This document shows, piece by piece, positions 1 to 7,395 of a stretch of DNA of 64,000 nucleotides (positions are counted from its first letter, which is position 1; each line of letters begins with the position of its first letter). Below the pieces are notes generated by a model, which was given only the letters and a program-made list of their open reading frames with translations, did not search any database and was not told the origin of the DNA. The stretch comes from Hyalangium minutum (GTDB lineage Bacteria > Myxococcota > Myxococcia > Myxococcales > Myxococcaceae), in NCBI RefSeq assembly GCF_000737315.1, contig NZ_JMCB01000013.1, forward strand, positions 1-64,000, given 5' to 3'. Both the position numbers and the translations under genes were made by a program.

Positions 1-2
1 CC

Positions 3-281
3 GGCCGCTTCGCGCCGGGCCTGAACATCGGCATCGCGGCGCTGGACGCGGGCATCGCCGCGCGCACCTGGGCCGACCCCAAGTCGAGCACCGCCGCCAA
101 GGTGACCTCCACCATCACGGCCGCTGGCTCGGCCGCCGCCGCCACCAACATCCCGATCGTCTCCCAGGTCGGCGCGGGCATCTCCGCGGTCTCCTCCATC
201 ACCGGCCTGGCCATCGAGAACGCCGGGAAGATCAAGGAGGGCTTCAACAAGCTGGGCGACAAGATCAAGAGCCTCTTCTAG
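3..281 (+). CDS. 3' end of a gene cut by the window edge; Ala/Gly-rich amphipathic/hydrophobic C-terminus, putative membrane-inserting (pore-former/translocator-like) protein
   Basis: Not in the ORF track. Frame 3 is open from the window start to TAG 279-281 with GC3-biased codons: GRFAPGLNIGIAALDAGIAARTWADPKSSTAAKVTSTITAAGSAAAATNIPIVSQVGAGISAVSSITGLAIENAGKIKEGFNKLGDKIKSLF*. Confidence 0.8.
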   Translation, partial: GRFAPGLNIGIAALDAGIAARTWADPKSSTAAKVTSTITAAGSAAAATNIPIVSQVGAGISAVSSITGLAIENAGKIKEGFNKLGDKIKSLF

Positions 282-332
282 TCCTCCCTGTCTCCACCCC
301 TCCACTTCTCCAACCCCTCGAAAAGACTCGCC

Positions 333-1349
333 ATGAACTCCTTCCACGTGACTGAGCTGGCCGGCCCGATGCAACTGCCGCAGGTGCAGGCGCCCTCCCT
401 GGAGGGGCTGAGCGTCACCATCCCCGCCCAGGCGGGCTTCAGCGCCGAGGAGGTGCAGCAGCGGTTCCTGGAGGTGGCCCGGCCGCACGCCACCGAGCGC
501 TACCGCTACCCGAGTGAGGGCACGGAGTGGATGGACGAGGTGCTGCTGAGCATCGCCGGGTACGTCCACGGCAAGCTGATCCCCTTCAGCGTCCGCAAGG
601 AGGTGTGGCTGCCTCTGGAGCCCGAGCCGCTTCTGCCCGGGCTGTACGAGACGCTGGTGGGCCGCAAGCCCAACGAGACGGTGGTGGTGGATCTGGTGCT
701 GCCGGAGACGTACTTGATGGAGTCGCTGCGCGGCGTCCAGGCCCGCTTCGTGGTCCACATCCACGCGGCGCGTCAGGTGAAGTACCCCGAGCTGGAGAGC
801 CCGGCATTCCTCCAGGCCTTGGGCCGGGGCGCGACGCTCCAGGAGGCCATGCGCAGCATCCTCCAGCAGATGGAGCAGGAGCGGGTTCAGGATCTCGCGT
901 ACCAGGCCCGGCAGCGGGTGCTGGACGAGGTGGCCGCGCGGACCGAGGTGAAGATTCCCACCGGGCTGATCGACCAGGAGATCCAGCTGCGCTGGAATGC
1001 CAGTGAGGGCGTGACGGTGCGCGAGCTGGAGCTCTCCGTGCAGGACCAGACGGAGTCGCTGAACAACTGGCTGAAGGATCCGCTCACCCGGAGCCGGGTG
1101 GAGCAGCAGCTGCGGCTGGGGCTGGCCCTGGGCGCCATCTGCAAGCGGGACGGGCTCCAGCTCACCCCCGAGTACGTGGAGGGGATGCTGAAGGAGCAGG
1201 CCGCGGCCGCCGGGGTGTCGCTCGAGGCGCTGGCGCAGTCGCTGCGCGCCGAGCCCGAGAACCTGGCCCGCATCGACCAGACGGCGTGGCACCTGATGGC
1301 CGTCGAGCACGTCATGAGCCGGGCGCAGATCCACTTCGTCCCGGCCTGA
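333..1349 (+). CDS. Trigger factor-like protein (FKBP-like plus C-terminal chaperone domain) lacking the N-terminal ribosome-binding domain
   Basis: LLPGLYETLVGRKPNETVVVDLVLPETY..SLRGVQARFVVHI..PEL matches the TF FKBP segment (IPGFEE.L.G.K.GE...VTFP.DY..LAGK.A.F.V). The C-terminus is helical and TF-like. No GFRxGxxP motif; only 338 aa. Confidence 0.75.
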   Translation: MNSFHVTELAGPMQLPQVQAPSLEGLSVTIPAQAGFSAEEVQQRFLEVARPHATERYRYPSEGTEWMDEVLLSIAGYVHGKLIPFSVRKEVWLPLEPEPLLPGLYETLVGRKPNETVVVDLVLPETYLMESLRGVQARFVVHIHAARQVKYPELESPAFLQALGRGATLQEAMRSILQQMEQERVQDLAYQARQRVLDEVAARTEVKIPTGLIDQEIQLRWNASEGVTVRELELSVQDQTESLNNWLKDPLTRSRVEQQLRLGLALGAICKRDGLQLTPEYVEGMLKEQAAAAGVSLEALAQSLRAEPENLARIDQTAWHLMAVEHVMSRAQIHFVPA

Positions 1350-1388
1350 GTGGCTGAAGTCCCGACCCGGTCCGCCCCCCTGGGAGCT

Positions 1389-1404
1389 TGGCACTGAATC
1401 TGCA
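1389..1404 (+). promoter_or_regulatory. Putative sigma-54 (-24/-12) promoter for the 1477 gene
   Basis: TGGCACTGAATCTGCA: GG-N10-GC with TGGCAC and TGCA matching the consensus TGGCACGNNNNTTGCW, 72 bp upstream of ATG 1477 (RBS AAGGAG). Confidence 0.6.
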
Positions 1405-1476
1405 TTCTCCAGACAGCGGCGGGCCCGGGAGACCCCGGCAGCACCCCCCGCCGATTTCTCGCAAGGAGCATCCATC

Positions 1477-2280
1477 ATGAACGGCGCACAGGCACAGCGG
1501 GACGGAGAGATGAACAGCACCCAGGCCGAGCAGATCCGCGCGATGCTGCGCGAGGCGCTGGTGGAGCGGGTGGCGGGCGGCCTGGAGGACGTGCTCGAGC
1601 GGCTGTCCGAGTTCCTGAAGAACCCGGGCCGTCTGGGCGCCGTGAACCTGTCGATGGTGCTCAGCGAGAGCTCCGTCACCTACGAGGTGTGGCAGGAGCC
1701 GAGCGCTGTCCCCGAGCGCCGCGCCCGCATGGCCCAGACGATGGGCGTCTCTCCGGAGGCGGATGACGCCACGCTGCTCCAGGCGGTGATGGCCCAGGTC
1801 CACCAGGCCTTCGTGGAGTTCCAGAACAGCCCCCGGGGCCGCGCGGCCCGGCAGCGCTACGAGGAGCTGCTCTCCGCCTGCGAGCGCTTGGATGTGCTGC
1901 CCATCATCCCCGCGCACGACACGGGCCCGATGGTGGCGGAGCTCGAGCGGGTGGGGTTGCCGGTGGACAAGGAGTTCACCTGCTCGTTGCTGGTGGACGC
2001 GCGCATCCTCTCGGTGGCGGTGAGCCCCGAGGAGTGCTCGGCCAGCCCGCTGATGATCGCCGGCCAGTCCGTGTCGCAGCTGGGCGCGCTTGTGGCCCAC
2101 GTGCGCAGCCTCAACCCCCGGCTCACCAACCGTCAGGTGCGCAAGATCCTCCTGCGCGCCTCCACCACCGACGACAGGCAGCCGGTGCGCAAGAGCCTGG
2201 GGCAGTCCGAGATCGAGCGGGTGATCGAGTTCACCCGCCAGCTGCTGCGCTTCCAGGTCGTCGAGCTGCTGTTCGTCTGA
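1477..2280 (+). CDS. Hypothetical protein (267 aa, predicted helical, cytoplasmic)
   Basis: Strong GC3 bias and an AAGGAG RBS; no family motif recognised. Confidence 0.8.
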   Translation: MNGAQAQRDGEMNSTQAEQIRAMLREALVERVAGGLEDVLERLSEFLKNPGRLGAVNLSMVLSESSVTYEVWQEPSAVPERRARMAQTMGVSPEADDATLLQAVMAQVHQAFVEFQNSPRGRAARQRYEELLSACERLDVLPIIPAHDTGPMVAELERVGLPVDKEFTCSLLVDARILSVAVSPEECSASPLMIAGQSVSQLGALVAHVRSLNPRLTNRQVRKILLRASTTDDRQPVRKSLGQSEIERVIEFTRQLLRFQVVELLFV

Positions 2281-2290
2281 GGCCGCCAGT

Positions 2291-2797
2291 TCACTCCTTC
2301 ATGACGCGCAGCCAGTTCTGGGCTTCCTGGCGGCGCGAGATGCGCTGGGTGCGCCGCTCCTCGGCCTCGTGAGCAGCGAGGCGCTCCTCCTCGGTCTCCA
2401 GCTTCAGCGGAGGCACCTGAACCCGGCCCCGTTCCTGATTCAGAGCCACGAACGTCATCAGCGCGCTGGTGGTGAGCGAGCGCTCGCCGGTGAGCGGGTT
2501 CTCCGCGTGCACGGTGACGCCCACCTCCATGGAGGTGCGGAAGGCGGCCAGCACCCGCGCTCGCAGCTGGGCAATCCACCCCACGCGGATGGGCGAGTGG
2601 AAGTGCAGGTCATCGATGGAGGCCGTCACCACCACCTGCCTGCAGTGGCGCTGGGCGGCCACCGCTCCACAGATGTCGATCCACTCCATCACCTTGCCGC
2701 CGAACGCCGAGTTCAGGTTGTTGGCATCGGACGGGAGGATCAGCTGCGTCATCACCACTTCGGAGTCGCGCGCGCTCTTGGCCGCAGTGTGTTCCAC
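2291..2797 (-). CDS. Acyl-CoA thioesterase (hotdog fold, YciA-like)
   Basis: ILPSDANNLNSAFGGKVMEWIDICGAVAAQRH..VVTASIDDLHFHSPIRVG..AFRTSMEVGV are type II thioesterase motifs. Confidence 0.9.
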   Translation of the reverse strand: MEHTAAKSARDSEVVMTQLILPSDANNLNSAFGGKVMEWIDICGAVAAQRHCRQVVVTASIDDLHFHSPIRVGWIAQLRARVLAAFRTSMEVGVTVHAENPLTGERSLTTSALMTFVALNQERGRVQVPPLKLETEEERLAAHEAEERRTQRISRRQEAQNWLRVMKE

Positions 2798-2952
2798 GAG
2801 ACAGCTCCTTCACTCGTTGTGCAAAAGGGGAGGGATGTGTCGGGCGGTCGATAGAGGACCCCCCTGTGGGTCCAGGTTTTCAGGGTCCCAGTTGCCCGAG
2901 CCACGTTTGCTCCTTATCAGTGGGGTTGCCGTTTTACCCCCGGAGGAACCCC

Positions 2953-3396
2953 GTGGCTGCTCTTCCTGCCGCTTCCCTGTCGTCGAGCGCTTTGGGCGTG
3001 AACGCCCAAGCCGATGATCTGCTCCGGCAGATTGACGAGCTGACAGCCGGGGACATGGACACGCTGCCGTTCGGGCTGATTCAGCTCGACCGCACCGGCC
3101 GCATCCTCAAGTTCAACCAGACCGAAGCGAACCTGGCGCGGATCAACCGCGACCGGCAGCTCGGCAAGAACTTCTTCGACGAAGTGGCTCCGTGCACGAA
3201 GGTGAAGGAGTTCTACGGCCGCTTCCTGCAGGGCCTGCGCGAGCGCTCGCTCTACGAGACGTTCGGCTTCGTCTTCAAGTTCGACCACGGCTGGCGCAAC
3301 GTGGCCATCACCCTGTTCTACAGCGAGAAGACGGACTCGGTGTGGGTGCTCATCTCGCAGACGTCGGTGACGCCGCCGCCCAAGGCCCAGCGCTGA
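2953..3396 (+). CDS. pyp: Photoactive yellow protein (PYP) family PAS-domain protein
   Basis: DTLPFGLIQLD..G.IL.FN..E....GKNFFDEVAPCT...EFYGRF..G...WV aligns without gaps to H. halophila PYP residues 24-124, including chromophore-binding Cys69 and Glu46. Start reassigned to GTG 2953, which follows the RBS GGAGGA. Confidence 0.9.
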   Translation: MAALPAASLSSSALGVNAQADDLLRQIDELTAGDMDTLPFGLIQLDRTGRILKFNQTEANLARINRDRQLGKNFFDEVAPCTKVKEFYGRFLQGLRERSLYETFGFVFKFDHGWRNVAITLFYSEKTDSVWVLISQTSVTPPPKAQR

Positions 3397-3427
3397 GCGC
3401 CGGGCGGCCGCTCCGAGGCGTGCAACC

Positions 3428-4207
3428 TCAGGCGAGGAAGGTGGAGACGCGATCGAGGAACTCTTCGCGTCCCTTCCCGCGCCGGATGTCCTGGGTGGAC
3501 ACGTCGATGGAGAGGCAGTCCACGCCGTACTTCTCCTGCAGCACGTGGGGGAACGAGGTGTAGTAGCCGTTGAGCCCGAGCAGAAACTGGCTCTGGATGC
3601 CGCGCTCCTCCTGGCGGCCGCGCGTGCGGATGCGGTCGAGCAGCACCTCCACCGAGCCCACCGAGAAGCAGATGACCTTGTCGGGCGGGGTGATGTTGCG
3701 GGACAGGCGCTGGAAGTACTCGTAATAGAGGTCCAGCTCCTTGTTCGTCATGTGCCCCAGGCCGTGGAGGTACTTGGCGAAGATCTCCGGATCCTCGTAG
3801 AGGGTGCGGTCCTGCACGCAGCTCTTCTTCACCGAGTGGATCAGCTCGTGGTGCTCCACGCGGCGGATGAGGAACTCCAGCTGGAGGGTGAAGCTCCAGC
3901 GGCGCATGTCCGCGTAGTAGTCCTTGAGGAACCGGTTATCGATGACGGGCTCGTCGAAGAGCTCGAAGCCGAAGTTCTGGCTGATCAGCTTGGCCGCCGT
4001 GGTCTTCCCTGCGCCGATGTTGCCGGCCAGGGCTACGAAGCGCTTGGCCTTGGGCAGGCGGGCGCGCAGGGCGTTGCGGGCCTTGGGCTCGGGAGCGGAG
4101 GCCTCCTCGGGCGCGGGAGCAGGAGCGGGCTTCGCGGCCGGGGGAGCGGCGACTTCAGGAGAGGCGGAGGCGGGCGTGGGGCGCTTGCGCGAGACGTTGC
4201 GAGGCAT
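3428..4207 (-). CDS. Deoxynucleoside kinase (dAK/dGK family) with a Pro/Ala-rich N-terminal extension
   Basis: Walker A AGNIGAGKTT, EPV, FTLQLEFL.RR, VQDRTLYED, LLDRIRTRGRQEE lid. Confidence 0.9.
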   Translation of the reverse strand: MPRNVSRKRPTPASASPEVAAPPAAKPAPAPAPEEASAPEPKARNALRARLPKAKRFVALAGNIGAGKTTAAKLISQNFGFELFDEPVIDNRFLKDYYADMRRWSFTLQLEFLIRRVEHHELIHSVKKSCVQDRTLYEDPEIFAKYLHGLGHMTNKELDLYYEYFQRLSRNITPPDKVICFSVGSVEVLLDRIRTRGRQEERGIQSQFLLGLNGYYTSFPHVLQEKYGVDCLSIDVSTQDIRRGKGREEFLDRVSTFLA

Positions 4208-4220
4208 GGGCTCCAGGTGG

Positions 4221-5033
4221 TTACGGCGCGGGTGAAGAGGCGTCGAGGATCTGGCGCAGCAGATCCGGACGGTCCGTCATGATACCTCCAACGCCCTCGG
4301 ACACGAGGCGGCGCATCTCTTCCGGATCATCCACGGTCCAGACGTTCACCCACTTGCCGTGGCGCGTCGTGGTGCGGAGGAACTCCTCGTCCACCAGGCG
4401 CACCTCTCCGAAATACAGAGGCATGTCGAGCACGGTGTAGCGCGGATCCTCGGGAGGCGCCTCGCCCGAGCGGATGGCCAGGACGATCGCCGTCAGGGCA
4501 TCCCGAGGGTAGAAGTGGCAGGCGTCCGGCATGCGAGCCACCAGGCGCTCGCCTACCTCATCCAGCTCGCTTCCCATGCAGACGCGGTCCAGCGCGTGCT
4601 CCTGGCGGAGCACCTCGTAGAGCACCTCCTCGGTGCCCGGGGTGTCTGGCTTCATCTCCAGGTTGATGGGCAGACCCGGAAAGGCGCGGAGGACCTCGGA
4701 GAGGGTGGGGATGTGCACGCCCTGGCCTCGGAAGGGGAAGGTGCGCCCGCCGTCCGGGGTGAAGCGGTAGCCGGCATCCACGCGGCGCAGCTCGGAGAAG
4801 GAGCGGGCGGAGATGGGGCCCTGGGCGTCGGTGCAGCGATCGAGCAGGGCATCGTGGGCGACGACCACCTCGCCATCGCGTGTGAGGTGGACGTCGAGCT
4901 CCAGCATCTGAGTGCGGTAGCGCTCCACGGCCATGCGGAAGGCGGGGAGGGTGTTCTCCGGAGCCAGCAGGGCGCCGCCGCGGTGGGAGATATGGAGGGT
5001 GGGCTTGAGCCCTCGGAAGAAGGGGAGGTTCAC
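4221..5033 (-). CDS. Glycerophosphodiester phosphodiesterase
   Basis: ISHRGG...PENTLPAF, ELDVHLTRDGEVVVAHD, NLEMK, VWTVDD, GIMTDRPD. Confidence 0.92.
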   Translation of the reverse strand: MNLPFFRGLKPTLHISHRGGALLAPENTLPAFRMAVERYRTQMLELDVHLTRDGEVVVAHDALLDRCTDAQGPISARSFSELRRVDAGYRFTPDGGRTFPFRGQGVHIPTLSEVLRAFPGLPINLEMKPDTPGTEEVLYEVLRQEHALDRVCMGSELDEVGERLVARMPDACHFYPRDALTAIVLAIRSGEAPPEDPRYTVLDMPLYFGEVRLVDEEFLRTTTRHGKWVNVWTVDDPEEMRRLVSEGVGGIMTDRPDLLRQILDASSPAP

Positions 5034-6067
5034 AGGGGCGAGGGGAGCAGGACGACGTTGCCGAAGTGGTTCCGGTTCTGGAGCAGCTGCTGGGCCTGGG
5101 CCGCTTCCTCCAGCGGCAGCGTGCGGTCCAGCACCGGCTTGAGGCGGCCCTCCTCCACCAGTTGGAGGATGCGGAACAGGTCGCCCTTGCTGCCCATGGT
5201 CGAGCCCAGCAGGGAGATGCGCTTGTAGAAGAGCACCCGGAGATCGATCTTCACCTCATGGCCCGCCGTCGCCCCGCAGGTGACGAGCCGCCCGCCGTAG
5301 GGCAGGCACGCCACGCTCTTCTCGAAGGTGGAGGCGCCCACGTGCTCGAAGACGACGTCCACCATGCGGCGCTCGGTGATCCGCTTCACCTCCGCCAGGA
5401 AGTCCTTCTCCGCGTAGTTGATGACGTGGTCCGCCCCGAGCGCCTGGGCTCGCTTCAGCTTCTCCTCGGTCGAGGCGGTGGCGATGACCTTGGCGCCCAG
5501 CAGCTTGCAGATCTGCACCGCCGCGCTGCCCACGCCCGAGCCTGCGGCCTGTACCAGCACCGTCTCGCCCGGCTTCACGTCGGCGCGGCGCACCAGCATC
5601 GTCCACGCGGTGAGGAACGTGAGGGGCAGGCAGGCGGCCTCGGGGAAGGAGAGCTTCGAGGGCTTGGGCAGGATGTTCTGCCGGGGCACGGAGACGAACT
5701 CCGCGTACCCGCCGCGCGTGTGCTCTCCAATGATCCGATACTTGGGACACAGGTTGTCGTCCCCCTTGAGGCACGCAGCGCACGCGCCACAGGACAGGCC
5801 CGGGTTCACGAGCACTTCGGTGCCCGGTGACAGATCCGTCACCTCCGGCCCCACCTTCTCGACGACTCCGGCAATGTCGCTGCCGAGGATGTGCGGCATC
5901 TCCAGTTTGAGCCCCGGCCACCCCTGGCGGACCCAGAGGTCCAGGTGGTTGAGCGCCACGGCCTTGACTCGCACCAACACGTCTCGTGCGCCCACGGTGG
6001 GGTCCTGAAACTCCGTCAGTTTCAGGACCCGCTCATCCCCGTGCTCATGGAACACGACCGCCTTCAT
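5030..6067 (-). CDS. Zinc-binding alcohol dehydrogenase / NADPH:quinone reductase (MDR family)
   Basis: Starts MKAVVFHEHG at ATG 6067. LNHLD, ILGSDIAG, structural Zn motif CGACAACLKGDDNLC, AAGSGVG. Overlaps the GDPD start by 4 nt. Confidence 0.92.
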   Translation of the reverse strand: MKAVVFHEHGDERVLKLTEFQDPTVGARDVLVRVKAVALNHLDLWVRQGWPGLKLEMPHILGSDIAGVVEKVGPEVTDLSPGTEVLVNPGLSCGACAACLKGDDNLCPKYRIIGEHTRGGYAEFVSVPRQNILPKPSKLSFPEAACLPLTFLTAWTMLVRRADVKPGETVLVQAAGSGVGSAAVQICKLLGAKVIATASTEEKLKRAQALGADHVINYAEKDFLAEVKRITERRMVDVVFEHVGASTFEKSVACLPYGGRLVTCGATAGHEVKIDLRVLFYKRISLLGSTMGSKGDLFRILQLVEEGRLKPVLDRTLPLEEAAQAQQLLQNRNHFGNVVLLPSPL

Positions 6068-6176
6068 GTGACGTCCCTCCGGATGGCCCACGGGGAGGTG
6101 ATGGCGTATAAGCCCCCGTATCGAGGCGCCGGACTCTATGGAGCGCCATGTCGGGAAATCCATAGGAGAAAACGAG

Positions 6177-7274
6177 ATGTCTCTCCGCAAGACGCTGGGG
6201 GCAGCGGTCCTGGCGGCGGTGGCCACCATCGGGTGTTCGGGCCTCGATGATCTCATCCCGGACGCGGGACCGGACAACGGCTGCACGGGCGCCTGCAACC
6301 CGAGCGATGGGGGCTCCACGCTGCCGGATGGCGGCACGCGGATCTGCCCAGCGCCAGACAGTCAGGGCCGGGGCCCCGTGGGCATCGTCCGGAATACGTA
6401 CACGCAGGGCCAGCCGGTGACGCTGGAGCACGTGGTCGTCACGGCGGTGGATGATCTCCACCGCGGCGCCCAGGGCGACTCCATCGCCCAGTTCTGGGTC
6501 GTGGATCCGTGCTTCCGCCGGGAGGGCATCTGGATCGACAAGAACGACGCGGACACGCCCACGACGTATGTGCCGCAGCTCGGGGATGAGCTGACGATTC
6601 AGGGCCTCTTCCGGCACATCAACCGCACCGCCTCGGACATCAGCCCTTCCTCCACCAACACGCAGGTGAAGACCCGCTCCGCGTACCGCCCCACGGTCAA
6701 GAACAACGACCAGCTCCCGGGCGTCAGCGGCACCCTCTCCATCACCAAGACGGGCACTGTCCCGGTGCCGCAGGACCTCACGGTGCCTACCACCTTTGGC
6801 AACGCCCATGGCGGTGCGGCCAAGCCCAACGCCAACTATGGCGGTGCCCGTGTCCACATCCCCGGCCCCATCACCATCACCAACCCCGATCCCCTGGCCC
6901 TCACGCAGCGCCCGGACCTGCCGGAGAACGGCACCTCCCTGGGCTTCGAGGTGACAGGCGGTGTCTTGGTCAGCAACGACAAGACGTTCGGCGTGACGTT
7001 CGACGGCGGCACTCCCCGCTGTGACTGGCGCGCGCTCGTCAAGGATGGCGGCTCGGTCAACTTCCCCAATGGCATCCGAGGTGTGTGGGATACGTACAGC
7101 TATGTACCCTGCGCGGACGGCGGCTTCACCTCCGCCGACGGGGGCACCTTCTCCAGTTGCACCTTCTCCTACCGGGACGCTGGGTACGTGCCAGGCACCA
7201 GCAACGACTACACCTACATCCTCTACCCACAGGATTGTGCCACGGACTTGCCGGGGGTCGCTGGCTCGCCCTGA
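6177..7274 (+). CDS. Lipoprotein of unknown function, possible OB-fold domain(s)
   Basis: AGGAGAA RBS before ATG 6177. Signal peptide MSLRKTLGAAVLAAVATIG-C (lipobox). VTLEHVVVTAV...FWVVDP...GIWI...PQLGDELTIQG resembles extracellular OB folds. Repeated PDAG/DGG motifs typical of myxobacterial lipoproteins. Confidence 0.75.
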   Translation: MSLRKTLGAAVLAAVATIGCSGLDDLIPDAGPDNGCTGACNPSDGGSTLPDGGTRICPAPDSQGRGPVGIVRNTYTQGQPVTLEHVVVTAVDDLHRGAQGDSIAQFWVVDPCFRREGIWIDKNDADTPTTYVPQLGDELTIQGLFRHINRTASDISPSSTNTQVKTRSAYRPTVKNNDQLPGVSGTLSITKTGTVPVPQDLTVPTTFGNAHGGAAKPNANYGGARVHIPGPITITNPDPLALTQRPDLPENGTSLGFEVTGGVLVSNDKTFGVTFDGGTPRCDWRALVKDGGSVNFPNGIRGVWDTYSYVPCADGGFTSADGGTFSSCTFSYRDAGYVPGTSNDYTYILYPQDCATDLPGVAGSP

Positions 7275-7395
7275 TCGGCCAGCCTACCCCTTGCGGTAGA
7301 GCCTCCACCCATCGCGTTTTTGCGGGTAAGCTCTGGAAACCTCGGGCCTGTTCAGCCCGAGCCACCCTTTTCTGATCCATCCACGGCGGACGCCC

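Noticed and set aside
5030-6337. N-terminal extensions in the ORF track (also 2866, 13831, 15104, 16152, 18611, 24856, 46211, 49519, 57352, 57391)
   Set aside because: The extensions overlap neighbouring genes or promoters and lack homology. Downstream starts have better RBSs or stop-start coupling, so starts were reassigned.
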